This document shows, one piece after another, positions 1 to 7,329 of a stretch of DNA of 44,837 nucleotides. Position 1 is the first letter of the stretch. Every line of letters begins with the position of its first letter. The translations under genes were made by a program, and so were the position numbers. The notes under the pieces are model-generated. The model did not search any database and was not told the origin of the DNA. It saw only the letters and a list, made by a program, of their open reading frames with translations. Source of the stretch: a virus (taxonomy: Duplodnaviria; Caudoviricetes); IMG/VR virus record IMGVR_UViG_3300020043_006076, positions 1 through 44,837 of that record. The stretch is one strand, 5' to 3'.

Positions 1-121
1 GAGTGTAGAATATGGCATCCGCCAGAATGTAGGTTCAATTCCTGCCTTTGCCACCATAGCCTAATAGTTCAGTGGTAGAGCGGAGTGCTCATAACGCTTT
101 ATTAGTCTATGTATTTATTAT
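1..121. repeat. 121-bp perfect inverted copy of 43466-43586 (3' part of the tRNA-like RNA plus the T-armless CAT element)
   Basis: Base-by-base reverse-complement match; the copies diverge after ...gtatttattat. Confidence 0.95.
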
Positions 122-136
122 CAGTCATTTTTTTAA

Positions 137-319
137 TTATTTATTGTTAATATATTTAAGTTTAAAAATCTCATAAAACCTTTTACTTGCATCACCAAAA
201 TTACCACTTGCCCGATCCACTGTCATAGTTGAATAACCAGTTTTCTTGGCAATATCTGCGTTGGTTATTCCTTTTTTGCGTAGTTCTTTTAGTTTGATTT
301 TGAACTGGGCTTTATTCAT
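137..319 (-). CDS. Small HTH DNA-binding protein
   Basis: GITNADIAKKTGYSTMTVDR helix-turn-helix pattern; paralog of 1906-2082. Confidence 0.7.
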   Translation of the reverse strand: MNKAQFKIKLKELRKKGITNADIAKKTGYSTMTVDRASGNFGDASKRFYEIFKLKYINNK

Positions 320-470
320 TTAAGTAATCCTTAATTCCGTAAATTTCCTCACTGTATTTTTTTAAAAAAATGTCAATCGCATTTTTCAAATCATTTGGCA
401 TATTGCCACTATAAGTTTTCATTTCTTCAACAAGGTCAAATCCTTCTTGAAAAGCTTCTTGATAATTCAT
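312..470 (-). CDS. Hypothetical 52-aa protein (below ORF-track cutoff)
   Basis: MNYQEAFQEGFDL...; AAGGAG ribosome-binding site upstream; stop overlaps the start of the next gene. Confidence 0.6.
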   Translation of the reverse strand: MNYQEAFQEGFDLVEEMKTYSGNMPNDLKNAIDIFLKKYSEEIYGIKDYLNE

Positions 471-504
471 TTAAATCTCCTTTAATATTAATATAAGCTT
501 TTAA

Positions 505-687
505 AGCGGCATTGACAGATCGTTTATAACCAATCTGTGGCACTTAACATATTTACCGTTGCAAAAGCAAATAATTTATTTTCTCATACTGAGGATTGCA
601 ATCCTTGAGAAAAATCGACCTAGCCTAATGTCGTTCTTAAATATAAGTAATTGAATACCATCAAATTAAGAATAAGACAATGCCGCT
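505..687 (-). ncRNA. Multibranch structured RNA of unknown class
   Basis: 10-bp closing stem AGCGGCATTG/CAATGCCGCT enclosing about 6 hairpins, the last abutting the closing stem. Confidence 0.55.
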
Positions 688-708
688 ATAAAAACTCATA
701 AACTCACA

Positions 709-774
709 TAAAGAAAAGTGCCATTTCCTATACACATTATTTTTATATGTATAGAAAAGCGGTGTTTTCTATAA
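709..774. repeat. Double-hairpin repeat, copy 1 (copy 2 at 43291-43356)
   Basis: ccatttcctatacacattatttt..tatgtatagaaaagcg...ttttctataa is shared by both copies. Confidence 0.85.
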
Positions 775-778
775 GTAT

Positions 779-853
779 TGGTGCCGCCAACAAATGGTTA
801 ATTTGTAATTTTCACCTATGCGATGATGTCCTAACCTTTTTAGACGAAGCGAC
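779..853 (-). ncRNA. Degenerate tRNA-like element with encoded CCA
   Basis: Acceptor GTCGCT/GGCGGC-A-CCA; Glu-like D arm GTCT..AGGAC; arm TCATC-GCATA-GGTGA; non-canonical T arm. Confidence 0.55.
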
Positions 854-867
854 ATAAACAATTTTAA

Positions 868-1095
868 TGCCAGAGGCGAAGATTTACACTCCGCATATTA
901 TCTAGGTAGCAAACAACTATCAGGCTAGACTATGTGCTAACTTCAATTAGAACGCTAACCCAAAAGTTGATTGTTCAATATAAATATTGACCTACTTATC
1001 AATAACCATCAGCCTAACCCGTTTCATTATACATAGGGTAACATTTGAAGATGTTTTGGCTTGTTCTGTGCGACTACTTATTCCGCCACTCTGAC
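868..1095 (-). ncRNA. 228-nt RNA with tRNA acceptor, D arm and T arm flanking a large structured insert
   Basis: GTCAGAG/CTCTGGC-A acceptor; TG-GCG-GAATAAGTAGT-CGC D arm; GCGGAG-TGTAAAT-CTTCGC T arm. Confidence 0.65.
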
Positions 1096-1105
1096 ATAAT
1101 AAAAC

Positions 1106-1276
1106 TCACTTTTTCATTAGACTTAGACTAACTCTAGCTACTCTTCTTTGGTTAGTCAGGTTAAGTATGATAAGGATATTACAACCAATTACTTTTGTAA
1201 TATTTACCCCTTATCGCCATAGCAATCCCATATTAAGAATGCGGACTAAAAGTGATAAAACCGTGTGCGACCCCTT
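1106..1276 (-). ncRNA. Conserved bipartite RNA motif, long form (short form at 43649-43712)
   Basis: 19-nt identical block plus a ~40-nt similar block; CACTTTT/AAAAGTG pairing; hairpin-rich 110-nt insert. Confidence 0.5.
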
Positions 1277-1287
1277 GCGGGATTCTG

Positions 1288-1617
1288 TTAAACTTCTTCC
1301 TTCTTTGGTGCAAAAAAGTGCTTATTGTCTCTCATAATAATTTCTGGCTCTGTTATCTCATTCCCATAGGATACCCATTGAACGCCATTAAAATTGGCGT
1401 AATGAGCACCCTGTATTCTTGACCATCTACCTTCATCACCTTTCATAGGCTCGAAGATATGTTCTGATCCTTTGGTTATATAATACCTACATTTTGCACT
1501 TTTATTGTGTTCACATTGATTTATTAAGGAATACCAATCAAAACTTTCAAACTCAACCCTAAACTCTTTCATCATATAAAGAGCTTTGATCGGGCAATCA
1601 AAATATAATCTAGTCAT
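1288..1617 (-). CDS. Hypothetical protein
   Basis: 109-aa ORF; purine-rich leader GGAGATAGGGA-ATG. Confidence 0.75.
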   Translation of the reverse strand: MTRLYFDCPIKALYMMKEFRVEFESFDWYSLINQCEHNKSAKCRYYITKGSEHIFEPMKGDEGRWSRIQGAHYANFNGVQWVSYGNEITEPEIIMRDNKHFFAPKKEEV

Positions 1618-1628
1618 TCCCTATCTCC

Positions 1629-1674
1629 AATTTCATTTAAATACTTTACTAAAAGCCCAAAAAACTCTTGAGCT
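1629..1674. repeat. 46-bp perfect direct repeat, copy 1 (copy 2 at 1902-1947)
   Basis: aatttcatttaaatactttactaaaagcccaaaaaactcttgagct occurs twice. Confidence 0.95.
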
Positions 1675-1679
1675 GTTCC

Positions 1680-1901
1680 TTACGCCGATTCCAAATCAAC
1701 AGTTTTCTTATTTTCATCTCTCAAAAAGTCAATTGTATCATAAACATTTCTAAAACTATATTGACCAATCAATCCTTTTCTAATTGATTCATTGGCAATT
1801 TTAATTGCCTGTTCTGGCGTTTCTGCAAAAACTGGAAAATCGTAATCTTCCTCAATGGTTTTTGTCATTGATACAAAATATTTATTCATTTTCGTTGTCA
1901 T
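1680..1901 (-). CDS. Hypothetical protein (start moved from 2003 to ATG 1901, or 1889)
   Basis: The tracked upstream extension overlaps the HTH gene 1906-2082; ORF lies between the 46-bp repeats. Confidence 0.65.
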   Translation of the reverse strand: MTTKMNKYFVSMTKTIEEDYDFPVFAETPEQAIKIANESIRKGLIGQYSFRNVYDTIDFLRDENKKTVDLESA

Positions 1902-1947
1902 AATTTCATTTAAATACTTTACTAAAAGCCCAAAAAACTCTTGAGCT
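1902..1947. repeat. 46-bp direct repeat, copy 2 (encodes the HTH gene C-terminus)
   Basis: Identical to 1629-1674. Confidence 0.95.
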
Positions 1948-2082
1948 ATCCCCTTTCCAACTACTCCTTTTAGCTCTGTAAATAGAGCTTGAATTAAAGC
2001 CAATTTTCTTGGCTATTTCTTCAATAGTTATTCCTTTTGCTTGCAAGGCTTTTATTTTGGCTTGGAATTGCTGTTTATTCAT
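1906..2082 (-). CDS. 58-aa HTH protein missing from the ORF track
   Basis: MNKQQFQAKIKALQAKGITIEEIAKKIGFNSSSIYRAK...; aligns with 137-319; TGATG overlap with the upstream gene. Confidence 0.75.
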   Translation of the reverse strand: MNKQQFQAKIKALQAKGITIEEIAKKIGFNSSSIYRAKRSSWKGDSSRVFWAFSKVFK

Positions 2083-2507
2083 CAAGATAAATCTTCTAGT
2101 TGTTTTTTTTGGATTTCTTTTATTTCATCTTCCAATTCTTTTAGATACTCTTCTAGTTCAAGTTTTCTTTTTTGGTTGTAGCAACATTTAATATTCCTTT
2201 TAACAACATTTTCTAAAGCATAAGGTTTGTGAAGTTGGTAAAAATCATCTTCATCGGTTGTATGCCAGTAATACTGCTTATCTTCCTCATCCTCATTTAA
2301 CATAGAAACATAAACTAACCTTCCTTGATCATCAACCCTGATTAATACCTCGCACTTTTTTCCGTGATGACAAGATTCACAGCGTATTTGATAATAAATG
2401 CCGTCTTCTCTTTCAAGAATGCCAAAAACCTTATAAATCATCAGACTTGGGCTAGAATATTTATAAAGAGTGTCATTAATTTTTAAATTCAACTTAGTCA
2501 TTATCAT
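2082..2507 (-). CDS. Hypothetical protein (Cys-rich segment, C-terminal coiled coil)
   Basis: 141-aa ORF in the operon orientation. Confidence 0.7.
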   Translation of the reverse strand: MIMTKLNLKINDTLYKYSSPSLMIYKVFGILEREDGIYYQIRCESCHHGKKCEVLIRVDDQGRLVYVSMLNEDEEDKQYYWHTTDEDDFYQLHKPYALENVVKRNIKCCYNQKRKLELEEYLKELEDEIKEIQKKQLEDLS

Positions 2508-2563
2508 TTCTTTAAAATTATTAATACAGGCATTATGCCATACTCAAAATAAAATGCAATACC

Positions 2564-2923
2564 CTAATTTAAATTATTTTTACAATAATTTCTAATTAAA
2601 AAATAAGCTTCTAAGTCCTTGCCCTTCAAGGCTCTGTCCTTAAAAATCCTTTCGTTTATCTCAAAAATAAATTGCAATTGAGGTTTATATTTCTTTTCCC
2701 ATTCCTCAATTCCATTATGAACTCCATCTTCGCCTTGATGATGAAAATGGCAGATTGGGAAAACTAACAAATCACTTGCCTTTTTACCCGCTCCAATTCC
2801 TGCTAAGTGATGAACATTAGCTTCTTTGCCGCATATCATACAGGAATATGAGCCAACCATAGCTAATCTGTTTTTATCCTTGAAGCCCCTTCTTAATTCT
2901 GGCTCTGGCTTAAGTCCTACCAT
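2564..2923 (-). CDS. Ref-like (recombination enhancement) HNH-type nuclease
   Basis: CMICG...HH...GAGKKASD...PICHFHH...GVH; ATG at 2923 overlaps the upstream stop. Confidence 0.7.
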   Translation of the reverse strand: MVGLKPEPELRRGFKDKNRLAMVGSYSCMICGKEANVHHLAGIGAGKKASDLLVFPICHFHHQGEDGVHNGIEEWEKKYKPQLQFIFEINERIFKDRALKGKDLEAYFLIRNYCKNNLN

Positions 2924-3090
2924 TTTCCAATTTCGTGACCCCATGTTGCAATTTCGTAACCAAATTCATAAACCATCCAAACATACCAAACATAAAAGCC
3001 AATCTCAATAATTTTAGCAATAATTCCGCCAACTCTCATCAAAGTTCTGTCATCAATAGAGATAAGCCAGTCTCTAATTTTAGTTCGCAT
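2917..3090 (-). CDS. 57-aa hydrophobic hypothetical protein (not in track)
   Basis: MRTKIRDWLISIDD...; fills the gap and overlaps both neighbours. Confidence 0.55.
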   Translation of the reverse strand: MRTKIRDWLISIDDRTLMRVGGIIAKIIEIGFYVWYVWMVYEFGYEIATWGHEIGKW

Positions 3091-3562
3091 TTTTTAATTC
3101 CTTCTTAGTTTTAGCCCCATTCTTTTTTAAAAAGTGGAACATACTCTTCTCATCTGGATTTTCACTTGTATAATACCTATTCATAAAATCAAGAGGAGTT
3201 CCGTTGATCCAATGGCTCTTACCATTTTCTGCGTGATAATCTATGTGATTAATATTCGCACCAGCTTTAATCATTCCTTTTGCTAAATCAAAACTTCCAT
3301 AATACATCTTCCTAAATAAAAGATAATCCAGAAGAGCCTGCTCGGTTCCTTGCCAGCTTTTCTTAAAGCTATCAAGACATTCGTCAAACTTCCGTTGTTT
3401 TTTAGTGTATTTTATAACCTTAATAACAACTGGCTCCGACCAATGAAAGTATTTTGTCCAATAAACAAAATAAGTTTTGCCGCCATCTTTATATAAGAAT
3501 CTGGTTGGCATTTCTTTATTTGCTATCTCAATTGCTTTTTCCCAGTTTTTAGATAAATACAT
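3080..3562 (-). CDS. Ankyrin-repeat-like protein
   Basis: LAKGMIKAGANINH...GTPLD...FLKKNGAK. Confidence 0.6.
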   Translation of the reverse strand: MYLSKNWEKAIEIANKEMPTRFLYKDGGKTYFVYWTKYFHWSEPVVIKVIKYTKKQRKFDECLDSFKKSWQGTEQALLDYLLFRKMYYGSFDLAKGMIKAGANINHIDYHAENGKSHWINGTPLDFMNRYYTSENPDEKSMFHFLKKNGAKTKKELKNAN

Positions 3563-3563
3563 T

Positions 3564-3986
3564 TTACTCCTTATTTCTCTTTCTATTAAAATAACTTTTC
3601 ATTCTACCGCTGACCTCACCCAATAAATCCCCAAAAAAATCTTTTGGATAATTAACGATCACACCAGAATCATCAATTACTAATCTGATACCTTTGTTAC
3701 CTTTAACATTCCACAATTCCACATTCTCTTTTTTAATCGTGCCATCAGCTATTCTTGTTTGAAGTCTAGCAAGTAAATATTCCGAGTGAGTAATTATAGA
3801 GTTGTCTATGCCATTACTATCGTCATAAATAAAATCATCCATTAAACTCAGTTGATCCACTGGATGTAGAAGATGTTCTGGATATTGCAAAGGAAATAAT
3901 TTTTTACTCTCTGCGAATTTAGTATTATCAACTATTTTACGCCCAAAAATCATTGTTATCATTTTACTCCTTATTATAATACTCAA
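3564..3986 (-). CDS. Stand-alone C-terminal part of an AAA_15/21-DUF3696 ABC-type ATPase
   Basis: QYPEHLLHPVDQ, IITHSEYLLARL, IDDSGVIVNYPKDFF motifs; no Walker A. Confidence 0.7.
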   Translation of the reverse strand: MSIIIRSKMITMIFGRKIVDNTKFAESKKLFPLQYPEHLLHPVDQLSLMDDFIYDDSNGIDNSIITHSEYLLARLQTRIADGTIKKENVELWNVKGNKGIRLVIDDSGVIVNYPKDFFGDLLGEVSGRMKSYFNRKRNKE

Positions 3987-4006
3987 TCATTGCCTTAGTC
4001 TCTGAA

Positions 4007-5032
4007 CTAGCTAACTTTACTAAATCTTAAAGCCAAGCGACTATCAAATTTAGCCTTATATTGACTGCCAATTAAAGCCAAAGCATCACCCATTGACTGA
4101 ATAATTTTGTTTCTTAAAGCCAACTCCTCAACTTCTAGTTTCTTTTTTTCATTTTGGGTAATTTGCATATCAACCAGCAATCCGTCTACTTCTTGATCTG
4201 CTTCTACTTCGCCAAATCTAGCGGGGTTTAAAAGCCCTAAAACCTTTTTTTCGTTGTAAAGCAAAGTCTGTTTAGTTCCTTGATAAACATTTGGCACCGT
4301 GTTTGAATCCAAATGAGCTTGAAATTTCTTCAAAGCAATTTCGATCAGTTCAATTAACTTTGGCTTGCGAGCATAGACAAAATAAGAAAGGAAAAATAAA
4401 TCATCAATTTCTTCAATCTTATAATTTCCGCTCTCGATCTTTCCTAGAATTACGCCTTTTTCAAACTCCTCATCTTCCCAGAACTCCTTAGGAATTAAAA
4501 CCGCACCAACCCCCCAATTAACATCACAAACATACATTTGATACATCATTTGGAAAATATAGTGCCATTTAAAGCCATCTCTAAAATCATCCTTCATCAT
4601 AAAAGAAGTTGTTTTAAGCTCTAAAGTTCCTTTGCCCCAAGTGTTATCAATCGTTACCTGCTTGTCAAAATCTGGCACTTTTATATCGCCTAGAGTTCTC
4701 ACATAACCATCTGGTGAGCAAGCACTTAAGTCATCTTTAATTACAAAATCATCGGTTCTAATACACCCAATAACTTTCTGCTCACAATGAAGTCTGTCAG
4801 CTATATATTGCTCCATTCCTAAACCCCATCTTGCCAAAGACTTAGGGAAAGGTAAGTCTATTCCAAATTTAATCTTTGCGAAAGTTTGTAAAGCTGTGGT
4901 ATAAGGTTCAAAATCAATTTTAAGAGCTTTTAATTCATCTTTGCAGTAGTAGTGGACTAATCCTGCTATTTCCGAAGCTCCAACCTTTGATTGCTTCGCT
5001 TGGATCCAAGAATCAGTATGTTGTTTAATCAT
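4007..5032 (-). CDS. YqaJ/lambda-exonuclease family nuclease
   Basis: W..K..KVGASE, CSPDG, ELKT and QMMYQM motifs. Confidence 0.85.
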   Translation of the reverse strand: MIKQHTDSWIQAKQSKVGASEIAGLVHYYCKDELKALKIDFEPYTTALQTFAKIKFGIDLPFPKSLARWGLGMEQYIADRLHCEQKVIGCIRTDDFVIKDDLSACSPDGYVRTLGDIKVPDFDKQVTIDNTWGKGTLELKTTSFMMKDDFRDGFKWHYIFQMMYQMYVCDVNWGVGAVLIPKEFWEDEEFEKGVILGKIESGNYKIEEIDDLFFLSYFVYARKPKLIELIEIALKKFQAHLDSNTVPNVYQGTKQTLLYNEKKVLGLLNPARFGEVEADQEVDGLLVDMQITQNEKKKLEVEELALRNKIIQSMGDALALIGSQYKAKFDSRLALRFSKVS

Positions 5033-5993
5033 TTTGCTCCTTTTCTAATTTTTCAATATCAGCAATATCTTCTGGCGTTAATTTTCCAACAGATTCGCCG
5101 CTTTCAAATTTTAATGATTCCAAGCCATTCGTTTTAGAACTATCAGTATCAAATTCTTTTGCAATTGTTGATAATTCCCTTTTAAAATTAACATTAAATC
5201 TTTTAGCGATTATTTGCTTCTTTTCTTCCAAACCTTTAAACCAGTTCGCCAAAGACACGCCGCCTTTCATTGCTTCCTCTCTTGCTTCTGATTGCAATTC
5301 TTTGACTTCTAAATCAATCTGCTCACCTTTATTAATCCAATCTGCAATTATTTTGCCGTGATTTTCTGTGATAAATCCGTCAATCTTCAAAGATGATTCC
5401 AAAGATTTAACGCATTTTTCAACCACAACTTTCCCTTTTTCCAACATTCTGAAAGTGATTAACATTTCGAAAGGGAAGTTTTTTTCTTGTATTGGAATCA
5501 AGCCCTTATTTACAATTTCAGTTTTGCCATTGACCTTTATTTGCTCTAAATCATCTTTAGCTCTAGCACAAAATATCATATGGCTTTTAGCTTGTAATAG
5601 CATATTCATCATTTTTCTATGTGCCGCTTTCGGTAAAGCCCAAGCCTGCAATCCATTTTTACCTTCCGCCATCTCCAAAAGTCCGCCTGTTCCTTCCCAT
5701 TCGTGAGAAATAGAATCAATTACAATCGCTTTATATCCTGCTTTTTGAGCTGTGTTTATTGCCTCAATATATCTCGCAGGAGTAAAAGGGGGGGCTAAAT
5801 CAATAACATCAAAATCAAACTCATCTGCATAATGACTTGCCCTGCCATTTTCTGTATCAATTAAACAAATTCTATCTCCACCGATTAAACCTTGTGCCAA
5901 TTTTAATGCTGAATAGGTTTTGCCACTGCCAGACTTTCCGTAAAAACAAATGATTGCTGGTATTGCTTTTCTGGTTGCTTTTCTAATTTCCAT
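5025..5993 (-). CDS. AAA_24/Sak4-like recombination ATPase
   Basis: GKSGSGKT Walker A; IDTE; IVIDSISHEWEG; adjacent to the exonuclease. Confidence 0.85.
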   Translation of the reverse strand: MEIRKATRKAIPAIICFYGKSGSGKTYSALKLAQGLIGGDRICLIDTENGRASHYADEFDFDVIDLAPPFTPARYIEAINTAQKAGYKAIVIDSISHEWEGTGGLLEMAEGKNGLQAWALPKAAHRKMMNMLLQAKSHMIFCARAKDDLEQIKVNGKTEIVNKGLIPIQEKNFPFEMLITFRMLEKGKVVVEKCVKSLESSLKIDGFITENHGKIIADWINKGEQIDLEVKELQSEAREEAMKGGVSLANWFKGLEEKKQIIAKRFNVNFKRELSTIAKEFDTDSSKTNGLESLKFESGESVGKLTPEDIADIEKLEKEQND

Positions 5994-6219
5994 TTTATTT
6001 ATTTTTTAAGTTAATATTGTTGGTCTAGCCATTCGTTATATTCTTCGTCCATTAGAAAAATAATTTAAGGATTAATATTACAGCACTGAACACCAATGCC
6101 GCTTGTAATTTTTTATAATCGTTTCTAGTCATAATAAAAATAAGTTTATAATTATTGGTAATAGCTTAACTGCCATAATAGCAATAAACATTCCTAAAAT
6201 TACACTGACCCAGCAAATT

Positions 6220-6516
6220 TTATCCATTAGCCAGCTCCAAAATTGCTTGTTTTTCAAAGTTAAACAGTTCTGGTTGATCTTCTTGATAAACGCTTGTCAA
6301 TTCATAATCTGCGTCAATCTTATCAAAGTTATTAACGAGATCAAACTTAATAATTTGCTCCGCCTCTTTCTCTGTTAGATTATCTCCTAAATAATTTGCC
6401 TCCTCAATCAGCTTTTCAGTGCGACCAACAAAATGATTATTAACTCGTTCTTGTATCTTTCTTTTTAAAACTTCCAAACTCTCCGTCATTTTTGATAATT
6501 GTGAATGTGTCGTCAT
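6220..6516 (-). CDS. Hypothetical protein
   Basis: 98-aa ORF. Confidence 0.65.
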   Translation of the reverse strand: MTTHSQLSKMTESLEVLKRKIQERVNNHFVGRTEKLIEEANYLGDNLTEKEAEQIIKFDLVNNFDKIDADYELTSVYQEDQPELFNFEKQAILELANG

Positions 6517-6563
6517 TGTTTAATTGAAAATTTTTTTTTGATGTTAAACAAAAAATCCAATAT

Positions 6564-6836
6564 TTAATTCTGTTTATCATTTCTATCTTGATAAAAATTA
6601 ATAGCATTTTCAATATCTTGGATATTATAAACCCTCACCTCAACTCTTCCTTTGTTGCCGCCCTGTAGTATGATTTCAAACTCTTTTTCCATTTCAGAGC
6701 CGCTGTAAAGATAATTTTCTGGGGTGTAAGTTAATTCAAAGCGAATATTATTCTTTAAACAGTATTCTGTCATTAAGACTATATTTGTATTTTTCATAAT
6801 TCTAATTTTTAAATTCATAATTTTATTTAACAGCAA
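6564..6836 (-). CDS. Hypothetical protein (true start probably a downstream ATG)
   Basis: ORF track. Confidence 0.6.
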   Translation of the reverse strand: MLLNKIMNLKIRIMKNTNIVLMTEYCLKNNIRFELTYTPENYLYSGSEMEKEFEIILQGGNKGRVEVRVYNIQDIENAINFYQDRNDKQN

Positions 6837-6901
6837 GCCAGAGAAAGTATGAAAAACTCTGACTTACTGAATCAGTTGAACTTAAAAACAACTGACGGGC
6901 T

Positions 6902-7063
6902 TATCATATAAAGTAAAAATAACCTGTCAAGGATTAAATCAATATTTTTTCAATATTCTTTAATAAAAGAACGAAGCCTTTAAATATATGGTTTTCGTGG
7001 CTTTTTTATTTGTATTTGACTTTTAAAACAAGACTATTATTCTGTTTTTATTCTTAATGTCAA
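6902..7063. promoter_or_regulatory. Divergent sigma70-like promoter region
   Basis: + strand TTGACT(7016)-17-TATTCT; - strand TTGACA(6929)-16-TATGAT and TTGACA(7063)-17-AATAAT. Confidence 0.55.
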
Positions 7064-7074
7064 CAAAATAAACT

Positions 7075-7329
7075 ATGCCTAAAAAATTAAATTTCAACGC
7101 CAAGCAATTTATTAGTGATTATCAATCTCAAAATAATATTGGCTACAACTACACAATAAGAGAGCTTGCCACTAAGTATAAAATAAGCCTGTTTTCAGTG
7201 AACACTTACCGCAAATTATTTGGCTTGAGCAGGGGCAAAGGAAACTCTCGCTATAAATGCAAAATCTGCAAATGTGAATTTGAAGTTTGTATTTGTGGCG
7301 GCGTAACTCTTGGAATAGCTCACGGCTAA
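7075..7329 (+). CDS. HTH regulator with C-terminal Cys cluster
   Basis: YTIRELATKYKISLFSVNTYRK; lone + strand gene with its own promoter. Confidence 0.65.
   Translation: MPKKLNFNAKQFISDYQSQNNIGYNYTIRELATKYKISLFSVNTYRKLFGLSRGKGNSRYKCKICKCEFEVCICGGVTLGIAHG

Noticed and set aside
1-121. attL/attR prophage boundary in a tRNA
   Set aside because: The repeat is inverted rather than direct, there is no integrase and no host genes flank it
868-1095. tmRNA or group I intron-containing tRNA
   Set aside because: No G3-U70 alanine acceptor, no recognisable tag frame and no P7 core or reconstitutable anticodon seen
1106-1124. Hammerhead ribozyme (CTAATGA resembles CUGANGA)
   Set aside because: No GAAA after the paired CACTTTT strand, and the core G is changed
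505-1284. CRISPR array
   Set aside because: No regularly spaced identical repeats and no cas genes
1902-2003. N-terminal extension of ORF 1680-2003
   Set aside because: Overlaps the better-supported HTH gene in another frame
6094-6103. Extra copy of CAATGCCGCT as an antisense target of the 505-687 RNA
   Set aside because: Only about 10 nt and the matching sequence is locked in a stem; chance cannot be excluded
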